Shown piece after piece: positions 40,242 to 50,142 of a stretch of 64,000 nt of DNA (position 1 is its first letter; each line of letters opens with the position of its first letter). Below the pieces are notes generated by a model. It did not search any database, was not told where the DNA came from, and was given only the letters and a program-made list of their open reading frames with translations. A program made the position numbers and the translations under genes. Origin of the DNA: an uncultured SAR86 cluster bacterium. Lineage in GTDB: Bacteria; Pseudomonadota; Gammaproteobacteria; Magnimaribacterales; AG-339-G14. The DNA lies in assembly GCA_902570035.1 (NCBI GenBank), contig CACFWO010000004.1, positions 22,144 to 86,143 of the forward strand, in the 5' to 3' direction.

Positions 40242-43009
40242 TTAGATTTAATTTCGGCTAAGAAATCTTGTTCAAAGTTATCTGAAACTTCAGCTTCTAT
40301 CTTTAAATACCAATAATTCGTATGGTCTAGAAATGAGCATTTTATTGCATCTTTTTCTGTCATTACAGTAGGTTGATTATCCATAATTTCAAAATCTACG
40401 CTGTGAAAGTCATGATGATCAGGGAAAGCATATTCAGATATGTCAAAACCCAGTTGTTTTAATAAATTAAAAAAATTAGATGGGTTTCCAATTCCTGCAA
40501 CTGCATTTACTTCTTTTTTCAAGGGCCAGTCGAAAATATCGTATTCCTTTTGGCTTTTCATATGAACCCACTTGAAAGGACGATATTTCATTTCATATTT
40601 TGCAACTGAAGGCCATTTTCTATTTGAGCTGATTGTAAAATCAACTGTTTCAATTCTAGATTTTGGCTCTCTAAGTGGTCCTGCTGGAAGAAGTAGCTCG
40701 TTTCCAAACTTCCTATTTCCATCAATCATTAATATTTCTATATCTCTTCCAAGAGAAAAGTGCTGCAAACCATCATCGCTTAAAATGACATTACTATCTG
40801 TATTTTCCATAAGATGTTTAGCTGCTTGTATCCTATTGGTACCAATGACCACTGGACATTGAGAATTTTTAAACATAATAGCCGGCTCATCTCCAGATTC
40901 TTCAATTGGGGTCTCTGAGTTAAGTAGCAGTGGATAGGTCTTTGATTTACTCAAATAACCTCTTGAAATTATTCCTGGTTTAAGACCTTCTTTTTTAAGT
41001 AATTTGGCAAGGTAAATAATAATTGGAGTTTTTCCTGTGCCACCAACTGTTAGGTTACCAACAACTATTGTAAGAAGATTGGGTTTCCATGAATTTGAAA
41101 TTTGATGTCTTTTTTGTCTGTTAAAAAGAAATTGGTATATCCATGAAAAAGGAATAAGAAGTTTAGGCCAGAGGCTATTTTCGTACCATGCTTTTTCTAA
41201 GTTTGAAACATAGGATTTTGATGCATCTATATTTACTAGAAGATTAGAATTTGGTTCAGTATCAATATTTAATGTACCGTCATCAAAATCAAATTGATTT
41301 CTATAAAGTTGAAAATAAGGACCTTCAGATAATATTAATTGACTGTGCTTACCTCTTTCTACTATTTCTCCATTTTGAAGAACTAAAATTTCATCTGCTT
41401 GCTCTACTGTTGAAAGTCTGTGGGCAATAGTAATTGTAGTTTTACCTTCTTTTAAGTTAGTAATCGCATCTGTAATCAATCTTTCAGATTCAGAATCTAA
41501 TGCAGAAGTAGCTTCGTCCAATATTAAAAAAGGTGAATTTTTTAAGATAGCTCTTGCAATGGCAATTCTCTGTTTCTGTCCTCCGGATAATAATGTTCCA
41601 TTATCACCGATAACAGTTTTATACCCATCAGGAAAAGATTCTATGAATTGATGCGCATTTGCTTTTTTTGCTGCTTCATAGACATCTTCTTCACTGGTGT
41701 CGATATCTCCATAAAAAATATTATTAAATATTGTGTCATTGAATAAAGTTATCTCTTGTCCTACGTAGGAGATTTGATCTCTTAAGGATTCCAAAGAAAG
41801 CTCTTCAATCCTTGTTCCATCGATAAAAATTCCGCCCTCTGTGGCGTCATAAAATCTAGGGATCAGATTAATTATGCTGCTTTTTCCTGCACCTGAGCTT
41901 CCAACAATAGCTAAATTAGAACCTTTTTCTAACTCAAAATTTATATTCTTAAGGGAATATTCTTTTGAACTAGAATATTTAAGGGAGACATTATCAAATT
42001 TTATTTTTCCTTCAGAATTCTTAATTATTTTTGAGCCATCATCTTTTTCTGGAGTTTCATCAATTTGCTTGAAAATATCTTCTGCTGCTGCAATACCTTT
42101 TTGGAACATAACATTAGTAGAAGATAATTGTCTGATTGGTTTTGCTAGCATTCCTGCACTACCAAAGAAAGCTATAAATGTTCCTGATGACATTGATGTG
42201 ATTACAGAGGGATCTAAGGCAAACCAAGTGATTAATGCTAATGCCAGAGATATTATTAATTGAATAAGCGGAGAAGCAATTGAGTTTGTAGATTCTAATT
42301 TCAAATTTTGAATTCGATTTGCATCGCTCGCCTCATTAAATTTATCAATTTCAAGATTTTCATTACCGAAAATTTTTAATTCTTTATGAGCATTTATAGA
42401 TTCTGAACTCACATGAGTAACATCACCCATGGCAGATTGAATTTTTTTACTAAGACGTCTTAATCTTTTCCCAGCAATAGAAACAATAAAGCCAATTAAG
42501 GGTGCTGCAATTATTAAGACTAGGGTTAATTTCCAATTTAAGTAAATTAAGTAACCTAATAGTCCTATTACTATCAAGCCTTCTCTTATAATAATCTTGA
42601 CTGCATCAGTAACTGCACTACTAACCTGCATTACATTAAAAGTAATTCTGGATAATAAATGACCACTGGAGGATTTATCATAAAAACTCACTGGCATCGA
42701 AATCAATGATTTGAATAAATCTACTCTCAAATTGTGAATTAATTTATTCGAAATAAAGGCCATAAAAAAATTTGAAAGATAAAAACCGATTCCTCTTATT
42801 AGAGCTATGGCTATAAGTGCAAGAGGTAAGATTGTTTGGACTGTTTGATTTGGATTTTCTATAAAATCAACTATTCTTCTTAACCATTCCGCTGCCCCTA
42901 CTTGAGCTGCAGCAAATAATACAAATCCAAAAAAACTTATCAAGAAATAAGGAATGCTTGAAGAAACATAGCCAAAAAGACGTGCAAGATATGAAGTATT
43001 GCTTTTCAT
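40238..43009 (-). CDS. msbA-lpxK: Fused lipid A flippase MsbA and tetraacyldisaccharide 4'-kinase LpxK
   Basis: The N-terminal ~575 aa is an ABC TMD plus NBD (GSSGAGKS, LSGGQKQR, DEATSALD). The C-terminal ~320 aa is LpxK (VGNLTVGGTGKTP, SRGY, GDEP, DDGLQH, LLPAGPLRE, FPDHH, TEKDAIK). It is one open frame. Confidence 0.92.
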   Translation of the reverse strand: MKSNTSYLARLFGYVSSSIPYFLISFFGFVLFAAAQVGAAEWLRRIVDFIENPNQTVQTILPLALIAIALIRGIGFYLSNFFMAFISNKLIHNLRVDLFKSLISMPVSFYDKSSSGHLLSRITFNVMQVSSAVTDAVKIIIREGLIVIGLLGYLIYLNWKLTLVLIIAAPLIGFIVSIAGKRLRRLSKKIQSAMGDVTHVSSESINAHKELKIFGNENLEIDKFNEASDANRIQNLKLESTNSIASPLIQLIISLALALITWFALDPSVITSMSSGTFIAFFGSAGMLAKPIRQLSSTNVMFQKGIAAAEDIFKQIDETPEKDDGSKIIKNSEGKIKFDNVSLKYSSSKEYSLKNINFELEKGSNLAIVGSSGAGKSSIINLIPRFYDATEGGIFIDGTRIEELSLESLRDQISYVGQEITLFNDTIFNNIFYGDIDTSEEDVYEAAKKANAHQFIESFPDGYKTVIGDNGTLLSGGQKQRIAIARAILKNSPFLILDEATSALDSESERLITDAITNLKEGKTTITIAHRLSTVEQADEILVLQNGEIVERGKHSQLILSEGPYFQLYRNQFDFDDGTLNIDTEPNSNLLVNIDASKSYVSNLEKAWYENSLWPKLLIPFSWIYQFLFNRQKRHQISNSWKPNLLTIVVGNLTVGGTGKTPIIIYLAKLLKKEGLKPGIISRGYLSKSKTYPLLLNSETPIEESGDEPAIMFKNSQCPVVIGTNRIQAAKHLMENTDSNVILSDDGLQHFSLGRDIEILMIDGNRKFGNELLLPAGPLREPKSRIETVDFTISSNRKWPSVAKYEMKYRPFKWVHMKSQKEYDIFDWPLKKEVNAVAGIGNPSNFFNLLKQLGFDISEYAFPDHHDFHSVDFEIMDNQPTVMTEKDAIKCSFLDHTNYWYLKIEAEVSDNFEQDFLAEIKSK

Positions 43010-43054
43010 GCCTAAAAAAAGGGTTATTTTACCTTTTTAGAAGAATTTTATCTC

Positions 43055-43726
43055 TTAGCCCTGTATTAAATTGAGCTTACCTTGTTCAAGTAAATATTTT
43101 GAATTTGGCATAAATTTCAAATTTTCATCATGAGTAGCAATAACCACAGAAATATCAATCTCATTAAATACATCGTCTATCAATTCCATGACTTCATCAG
43201 AAGTGTTTCTATCTAAATCTCCTGTCGGTTCATCCATGACTATTAATTTTGGTTTATTAATTAATGCTCTTGCAATCGCGCATCTCTGTCTTTCTCCACC
43301 AGATAGTTGATCAGGTAAGTGATCTTTTCTGTCAGAAATTTTTAATTTATCAATAAGAAAGTTTGCAAAATCTTTATCAATATTATTAGCTATAGATCCT
43401 GGGAGAATGATGTTCTCATGAAGAGAAAATTCTTCTAAGAGATGATGAGATTGAAAAACTACACCTATATCATTTAGCCTTAAATTTGAGAGCTCTTTAT
43501 CCGATAAAGATTCTATAGGTTTGTCTGCAAAAATCATTGAACCATTAGAGGGAATTTCTAGAGTACTTAGAATATTTAACAGAGTAGTTTTTCCAGAACC
43601 TGACTTTCCATAAATAATTAATCTGTCGTTATCATTTATTTCAAGATTAAGGTTAATAAGAGGAGAAATAACGTTCTCTCCAGTTTGATAATCTTTTCCA
43701 ATATCTTGTAATTTAACTAAGTTCAT
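43055..43726 (-). CDS. lolD: Lipoprotein-releasing ABC transporter ATPase
   Basis: GKSGSGKT, QSHHLL, LSGGERQR and DEPTGDLD; adjacent to lolC/E. Confidence 0.88.
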   Translation of the reverse strand: MNLVKLQDIGKDYQTGENVISPLINLNLEINDNDRLIIYGKSGSGKTTLLNILSTLEIPSNGSMIFADKPIESLSDKELSNLRLNDIGVVFQSHHLLEEFSLHENIILPGSIANNIDKDFANFLIDKLKISDRKDHLPDQLSGGERQRCAIARALINKPKLIVMDEPTGDLDRNTSDEVMELIDDVFNEIDISVVIATHDENLKFMPNSKYLLEQGKLNLIQG

Positions 43727-44958
43727 TATTTTAATATCTTAGCTGGGATAATTTTTGAAGCTGATCTAGCGGGATAGATGCTTGCAAATGATGTTATCAA
43801 TAATGATCCTAATATAATTGAAATTATCCACTCAATTCGTAAGTCTGTAGGAAGATAACTTATGAAATACCATTGCAAATAACCAGAAATAATGACATCA
43901 AAATATGATGAGGCTATAAAAAAAGAAATAAACAAACCTAAAAGAGTTCCAATAGATATTCCCCAAAAAGAGATTATCAAGCCAAGATATAAAAATATTT
44001 GAATAATTTTCATATCACTCATGCCTAGTGTTTTTAGGATTGCAATTTGTTCCTTTTTTTCATTAAGCATCATCATTAACATTGCCACTACATTAAAGGC
44101 TGCAATAACTATGATTAAACTAGTTAGCAAAAAAACTAAACTTCTTTCCATGCCAACAGCTCTCCAAAGAGTCCCAAACTGAGAACTCCAATCATTAACT
44201 CTTAGAGGTTGTTTAGAATAATTCTGGGCTTCTATTAAAGCATCGTAAGTTAAATCTGGAGCGTCAAAAAGATCATCAAATTTCAGTCTAATGCCTGTCA
44301 CATTTCCTGATAGTGAAAGAAGTTTCGAGGCATCATTAATGTTTATGAATGCATAATTTGAATCTAGATCATTAGATCCCATGCTATAAATTCCAGAAAT
44401 AGAAAAAACTTTCATTTTTGGATAAATTCCGGTTAAAGAAACTTTGGGATTTGGTAATAATAAAGTTACTTTATCTCCAATAGAAACAGATAGCTGTCTT
44501 GCTAATAAATCACCTAAGATTAAGTTAAAACTGCCTTCGCTTAGATCATCAAATGATCCAACGAACATATTGTTTGGAACATTAGAAACATTTGATTCAT
44601 ACGAAGGATCAACTCCATAAATCAGAGTTCCCTTCAATTTTGATTTAGAGCCAATAAGTGACTGAGTCTCTACATATGGTGCTGCACCTTTAAGTCTATC
44701 CATATCAGATAACGAATCAATAAGTTCAATTGGATTAGAAATTGATGAGTAACCGTAAATGTTTCCGTGAGGAATTGAGTTTAATATTTTCTCCTTTAGT
44801 TCTTTTTCAAATCCGTTAAATACCGAGGAAACAATTATAAGAACAGCTACTCCAAGAGATACTGAACCCAGGGATAATTTGGATACAAAAGATAAGAATC
44901 CTTCCTTTTTAGAATTGAAATATCTTAAAGCAATAAAAAAAGGAAGGTTTTGTCTCAA
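43726..44958 (-). CDS. Lipoprotein-releasing ABC transporter permease (single LolC/E-type)
   Basis: IALRY, LGVAVLIIVSSVFNGF, AAFN, IAILKTLG and YPARSAS. Confidence 0.9.
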   Translation of the reverse strand: MRQNLPFFIALRYFNSKKEGFLSFVSKLSLGSVSLGVAVLIIVSSVFNGFEKELKEKILNSIPHGNIYGYSSISNPIELIDSLSDMDRLKGAAPYVETQSLIGSKSKLKGTLIYGVDPSYESNVSNVPNNMFVGSFDDLSEGSFNLILGDLLARQLSVSIGDKVTLLLPNPKVSLTGIYPKMKVFSISGIYSMGSNDLDSNYAFININDASKLLSLSGNVTGIRLKFDDLFDAPDLTYDALIEAQNYSKQPLRVNDWSSQFGTLWRAVGMERSLVFLLTSLIIVIAAFNVVAMLMMMLNEKKEQIAILKTLGMSDMKIIQIFLYLGLIISFWGISIGTLLGLFISFFIASSYFDVIISGYLQWYFISYLPTDLRIEWIISIILGSLLITSFASIYPARSASKIIPAKILK

Positions 44959-44964
44959 TAGATT

Positions 44965-46416
44965 TTATTTAAGAGCGTTCTTTTTGGCTGATTCAAACAT
45001 TTTACCTTTATAAGGAGGCATCATGTTTTTCAATAAATCAGAACTAAATTGAGTTAGAACTGATTTTTGATGACTGAATCTCTTAAAACCTTCATGACCG
45101 TGATAAGAACCAATACCACTGTCTCCAACTCCACCAAAAGGCATATCTTCCTGACCGTAGTGCCAAACAACATCGTTAATAGTTGCTCCACCAGATGTGG
45201 TTCTATTAAGAATTTTATTTTGGGTATCTTTATTTTTGCCAAAATAATATAAGGCTAAAGGTCTAGGTTTTGAATTGACGTAACTTATAGTTTCATCGAT
45301 ATCCTCATATTCTTTGATAGGCATGACAGGCCCAAAGATTTCTTCCTGCATGATTTTCATATCATCAGTAGGATTTAAGACAAAAGTAGGAGGAATTTTA
45401 TGTCCCTCTTGTTGCTCAAAATCTTCATTTGCAGGATTAATTGTTTTTATTTCAGCACCTTTTTCTTTTGCATCTTCTATAAGGCTATTAATCCTTTCAA
45501 AATGTCGTTGATTAACAATTGAAGTGTAGTGTTCGTTGTATTTCATATCTGGATACATTTCAGAAACAGCTTTAGTACTTTCATCTATAAATTCATCAAC
45601 TTTACCTTTAGGCATCATCATGTAATCAGGAGCAATACAGATTTGACCTGCATTCATTGTTTTACCACGCATCAATCTTGTAGCAGACAAAGAAACATCG
45701 GCAGTTTCATCCATAATTACTGGAGATTTACCACCTAGTTCAAGCGTAACTGGGACAAGGTTTCCCGAGGCGGATTGCATAACTTTTCTACCGTTATTAG
45801 TTGATCCAGTAAAAAGTAAGTGATCGAAGTTTAAATTTCCAAAAGCCTCTGCTACATCTGGACCACCTAGAAAGACTTCAACTTCTGCTTTATCGTAAAA
45901 TTCATTAAACATCTTTTTAGTTAGGTCTGATGTTTTCGGAGTTATTTCTGAGGGTTTAATCATTACTCTATTTCCGGCAGCAAATGCTTGTGCAATTGGA
46001 GAAATAATTAAATTGATTGGAAAATTCCATGGTTTAATCATTCCAATGGTTCCAAGAGGTTGATATTGAATTTCTGTCTTAGCACCCAATAAACGCATCA
46101 TTAATCTTGCCACGAAAGGCTGACTTGAATTTGATTGTCTGGTTTCAGACTTCATCCACTTTTTAAGGTTTTTGATTGAATAATCAACACTACCTAAGCT
46201 AGACATAACTTCTGATAAAAAAGTACTGTTCTTATCTCTAGTTCCATAATCTTCACTAATAGTATCTACTATCTCATCAGAATATTTTTTTAACATCAGA
46301 GAAAGTCTATTTAATCTATCCAAACGTAATTCATAACTTGCAGGCCCTTCATCGGTATGAGCCTTTTTTTGCAAAGCTAAAACTTCCTTCATTTCATCAA
46401 AAACAGAATCAGTCAT
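44965..46416 (-). CDS. Aldehyde dehydrogenase (coniferyl-aldehyde/ALDH3-like)
   Basis: PWNFP, KPSE, FTGS, LELGGKSP, NAGQICIAPDY, EEIFGP and PFGGVG. Confidence 0.92.
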   Translation of the reverse strand: MTDSVFDEMKEVLALQKKAHTDEGPASYELRLDRLNRLSLMLKKYSDEIVDTISEDYGTRDKNSTFLSEVMSSLGSVDYSIKNLKKWMKSETRQSNSSQPFVARLMMRLLGAKTEIQYQPLGTIGMIKPWNFPINLIISPIAQAFAAGNRVMIKPSEITPKTSDLTKKMFNEFYDKAEVEVFLGGPDVAEAFGNLNFDHLLFTGSTNNGRKVMQSASGNLVPVTLELGGKSPVIMDETADVSLSATRLMRGKTMNAGQICIAPDYMMMPKGKVDEFIDESTKAVSEMYPDMKYNEHYTSIVNQRHFERINSLIEDAKEKGAEIKTINPANEDFEQQEGHKIPPTFVLNPTDDMKIMQEEIFGPVMPIKEYEDIDETISYVNSKPRPLALYYFGKNKDTQNKILNRTTSGGATINDVVWHYGQEDMPFGGVGDSGIGSYHGHEGFKRFSHQKSVLTQFSSDLLKNMMPPYKGKMFESAKKNALK

Positions 46417-46439
46417 ATTTCCTCCTGTAAATTACAATT

Positions 46440-47333
46440 CTAAACAGTTCTTTGTTTTTTGTCTTTCTCGTTAGAGCCTTTTATTGTATTTTTGATGGCT
46501 ACCCAATCTTCATCCTTAAAAGAGCTCATCATCGAAAAAGTGCCCCCACCAGTGATGTATTGTGCTCCATCAATAGCAATAGTTTGACCTGTAAGATATT
46601 CACAGCCATCTGCCATTAAGAAAGTAGCTAAATTCCCAAGTTCATCCATTTTTCCTACTCTTCCTAATGGAACATTACTTCTTTCAGCATCCTCAGATAT
46701 ATCAGATTTTTTGTCCCCTGTTTGAGGCATCAACCTTGCCCAAGCTCCCTCTGTTGGAAACGGACCTGGAGCGATAGAGTTTAATCTTATGCCGTGAGGT
46801 CCCCATTCAACTGCTAATGATTTTGTCATGGCATTAATACCTGACTTTGACATTGCAGATGGAACAACAAATGGTGATCCGGTCCAAACCCATGTTGCTA
46901 GAATCGAGACAATACTTCCCTTATGGCCAAGTTCTAACCATCTTTTACCAACAGCATTAGTAATATAGAAAGTACCGTGAAAGACAATTGATGCAATTGC
47001 ATTAAAACCATTTGGTGATAAATCTTTAGTTCTTGAAATAAAATTTCCAGCGGCATTGTTTACTAGCCCATCTAGCGGTCCTTCATTAAAAATATTTTCA
47101 ATATTTTCTTCAATTGACATTGCGTCTCTAATGTCGAGAGGGAAATAATTAACTTTTCCACCATGCTCAGACATTATTTCATCAGCAGCGTCCTTAAGAA
47201 CGTTTTCCCTTCTACCACAAATGTAAACTTCCGCTCCGTGCTTGACGAAGTGCCTAGTCATTTCTTTACCGAGACCCGATCCACCTCCGGTTACTAAGAT
47301 TCTTTTTCCTTTTAATACATTTTTATCAAACAT
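46440..47333 (-). CDS. SDR oxidoreductase, 2,4-dienoyl-CoA reductase-like
   Basis: TGGGSGLG, NNAAGNF, SLAVEWG and IAPGP. Start set at ATG 47333 (MFDKN). Confidence 0.88.
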   Translation of the reverse strand: MFDKNVLKGKRILVTGGGSGLGKEMTRHFVKHGAEVYICGRRENVLKDAADEIMSEHGGKVNYFPLDIRDAMSIEENIENIFNEGPLDGLVNNAAGNFISRTKDLSPNGFNAIASIVFHGTFYITNAVGKRWLELGHKGSIVSILATWVWTGSPFVVPSAMSKSGINAMTKSLAVEWGPHGIRLNSIAPGPFPTEGAWARLMPQTGDKKSDISEDAERSNVPLGRVGKMDELGNLATFLMADGCEYLTGQTIAIDGAQYITGGGTFSMMSSFKDEDWVAIKNTIKGSNEKDKKQRTV

Positions 47334-48555
47334 TAATTTCTCCCGTATGAAGCTTGTTAGTAAATTTTTTAGACAAGTTAATAAACATGATAATGAGTAC
47401 AGATAGAATGGCAATAAATATAAAAGGATAATTTGGCGCAATCATATACAAAGGCATGGTTATGATAGGCGTCAGAAGATGACCTAATGGCATTACACCC
47501 CCTAACAACCCATTTATTAAACCCTGTTCATTTTTATTTACCGATAAAGACAGTTGCGCTACATTTCCAGATCGCGTGAGAGCAGATCCCACTCCATGCA
47601 AAGTCAGATACACAAACAAAATGTAAATGCTTGGTGCAAACGCTATTCCTAAAAATGAAGCTAACATTATCAATGGTCCTACTCTTAATAATAAATAAGG
47701 AGAAAGTCTTAATCTATCAACCAAAAATAACTGAGTTAAAAGACCTGATATTGCTATCAACGAAAAACCAAATGCAACGTAAGGATAAATATTATCAATT
47801 TCAGGACTTAGATCTTGAAAATAAAGAGATGCTGTAAGTACCATTGTTGCATTCGACATACCCATAAAAGCGGCAACGAACATCGATGGCCAAATTCTTT
47901 CATCTAAATAATTTATTTTTTTTACGCTTTTATCGACTTCTATATTCACATAAGAGTTCTTCATTAATCTAAAATTCATATATCCAGCAACTAAGCCAGC
48001 AAGACCAATGATTAAGAATGGGAGCGAAAAATCTCCATTACTAAGCCATAGTACTAATCCAACAAAAATTGGGCCTACAATCACACCGAATTGCCAGCCT
48101 GCATCAAAACGGGCAAATCCAGCTGTCCGAAGTTCAGGCGTGGTAATATCTGCAATCCTGCCCCCTGCTGCTGGTCGAACGGCGCTTCCAAAAAGGCCAT
48201 TTATTAATCTTGTTAAAATTAATAAGGGAAGTACAAGATAAAGAGGGATTAATAATTGTCTCGCAGATTCAATTAATGTCGTTATCAAAATAAGAGAGAT
48301 TGCGAATCCAATCATTCCTATTAAAAAAATCCAGTGTCTGCCAAATTTATCACTTAAATCACCCCAAAATGGACTGGAAATCATCCAAGCAACAGCAGAA
48401 ATAGAGAAAATTAAACCTACTTGGAACTCATTAAAGCCTAAATTTCTGACTTCCGGAGGGATTAAAATAAACATTGTTGATTGCCCAGCACCAACAAACG
48501 CCAAAGCCATAGCTAACAACCATATTGATCGAGGTGCACTATTATTCGATGGCAT
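47326..48555 (-). CDS. MFS transporter
   Basis: WGDLSDKFGR motif A; about 12 TM helices. Confidence 0.9.
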   Translation of the reverse strand: MPSNNSAPRSIWLLAMALAFVGAGQSTMFILIPPEVRNLGFNEFQVGLIFSISAVAWMISSPFWGDLSDKFGRHWIFLIGMIGFAISLILITTLIESARQLLIPLYLVLPLLILTRLINGLFGSAVRPAAGGRIADITTPELRTAGFARFDAGWQFGVIVGPIFVGLVLWLSNGDFSLPFLIIGLAGLVAGYMNFRLMKNSYVNIEVDKSVKKINYLDERIWPSMFVAAFMGMSNATMVLTASLYFQDLSPEIDNIYPYVAFGFSLIAISGLLTQLFLVDRLRLSPYLLLRVGPLIMLASFLGIAFAPSIYILFVYLTLHGVGSALTRSGNVAQLSLSVNKNEQGLINGLLGGVMPLGHLLTPIITMPLYMIAPNYPFIFIAILSVLIIMFINLSKKFTNKLHTGEINV

Positions 48556-48562
48556 AGATTTT

Positions 48563-49129
48563 TTAATCTCTAGCTAGAAAGATAAGGAAAAAAGAATTTT
48601 TACTTCGGGTAAAGCAAATAAACTCATCATAAGAAATTAGAGCATGAGACCACTCATGCTCATATTTGATTGCCTTGATGTCTTTAAAAGATTCAGAATT
48701 TTCTAAAAATACAAATTTATAACTATCAAAATAAATTTTATTTACTCTTTCGTTAAATTTTCCAATTGATTCATTATTAATGACATTCTTATATTTGGTT
48801 TTTGCATTAACTACAGAATCAACTGATTTAAAAAAAGAATTATTAGGAGGTATTTCAAGGTAATTTTCTACTTGAACGTTTTTAGATAGAAAAGGCCCAT
48901 GATATTTTGGGAGATAATTAAAGAAATTCCCAGTTAGTTGGAAATTAAAAAAAGGACTAGCCTTGTATATTTCTAATAATTTTTTTGATGAATAAGATTT
49001 ATTATTATTAATGGAAAAAAAAGAAATTAAACATTGGAAATTTGTACCTAATCTAAGATAGTCAGTACCATTTAAAAGTAAATCTTCATTTTTATGTGAA
49101 GAAGATTTTTTACTTTTTTCAAATTCCAA
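48563..49129 (-). CDS. Hypothetical protein
   Basis: 188-aa ORF overlapping the trpS stop; no family recognised. Confidence 0.6.
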   Translation of the reverse strand: MEFEKSKKSSSHKNEDLLLNGTDYLRLGTNFQCLISFFSINNNKSYSSKKLLEIYKASPFFNFQLTGNFFNYLPKYHGPFLSKNVQVENYLEIPPNNSFFKSVDSVVNAKTKYKNVINNESIGKFNERVNKIYFDSYKFVFLENSESFKDIKAIKYEHEWSHALISYDEFICFTRSKNSFFLIFLARD

Positions 49130-50102
49130 TTTTTTCCTTAATTTGCTCTAAATTTTTATTAGCTTCATCTCTAGCTTTAGTTTCACCAGCCTCTAATGTG
49201 TCTTCTATCAATTTAGGATTATCTATTAATTCGAAATATTTATCTCTAAGAGGTAATATTTCTTGATTAATTTTTGAAAATAATTTTTTCTTGGCGTCCC
49301 CCCAACCAATTCCGTCTTCAAACTCTTTTTTTATCTCATTTATTTCTTCTTCATCAGAAAAGTGATCAAAGTACTGAAAAATAATTGAATCTTTTGTTTC
49401 TTTTTTTTCACCAGGTTCTTTTGAATCGGTTTTAATTTTATTGATGGATTTTTGCAAAGTTTTTTCTGAGGAAAATAAATCTATAGAGTTATTGTAACTT
49501 TTGCTCATCTTTCTTCCGTCTGTACCAATTAATAAATCGAGAGATTCATTAATTATAGGCTCAGGTAATTGAAAAAAATTTTCATAAGTTTTGTTAAATT
49601 TATCTGCTATGTCACGAGTAATCTCTAAATGTTGTTTTTGGTCCTTTCCTACAGGAACATATTTAGGATTGAACATCAAAATATCTGCTGACATCAACAC
49701 TGGATAACTAAATAAACCGTGAGAAATGCCATAGTCTTCATCGTTTTTATTTTCTTTATTTAGATCAACTGCAGCTTTGTATGCATGCGCCCTGTTAAGG
49801 AGTCCTTTAGGAGCCATACAAGACAAGATCCAATTTAATTCAAGTATTTGTGGAACTTTCGATTGCCTGTAAAAAAGAGAGTTTTTACTATCAAGTCCGC
49901 ATGCTAACCATGTCGCAGCTATCTTCATGGAAGATTCTTTTACGGCGTTAGGATCATTAACTTTTATCAGAGAATGATAGTCAGCTAGAAAGAGATAGGA
50001 TTTGAATTTCTTACTTAGCTTTATAGCAGGTTTTATAGCTCCAACGTAATTGCCTAAATGAGGCGTTCCAGTAGTTGTAATACCTGTAAGAGAGGAATCC
50101 AT
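49119..50102 (-). CDS. trpS: Tryptophan--tRNA ligase
   Basis: HLGN (HIGH), YPVLMSADIL, VPVGKDQKQH and KMSKS. Confidence 0.96.
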   Translation of the reverse strand: MDSSLTGITTTGTPHLGNYVGAIKPAIKLSKKFKSYLFLADYHSLIKVNDPNAVKESSMKIAATWLACGLDSKNSLFYRQSKVPQILELNWILSCMAPKGLLNRAHAYKAAVDLNKENKNDEDYGISHGLFSYPVLMSADILMFNPKYVPVGKDQKQHLEITRDIADKFNKTYENFFQLPEPIINESLDLLIGTDGRKMSKSYNNSIDLFSSEKTLQKSINKIKTDSKEPGEKKETKDSIIFQYFDHFSDEEEINEIKKEFEDGIGWGDAKKKLFSKINQEILPLRDKYFELIDNPKLIEDTLEAGETKARDEANKNLEQIKEKIGI

Positions 50103-50113
50103 TATATAAGTAT

Positions 50114-50142
50114 AAAAAAAAACACCACAAAAGTGGTGTTTT
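50114..50142 (-). terminator. Rho-independent terminator
   Basis: Minus strand AAAACACCAC-TTTT-GTGGTG followed by T9. It ends 11 nt upstream of the trpS ATG. Confidence 0.85.

Noticed and set aside
43010-43054. Weak hairpin between lolD and msbA
   Set aside because: The stem is AT-rich and imperfect; it could equally be the msbA promoter region, so it is not supportable as a terminator.
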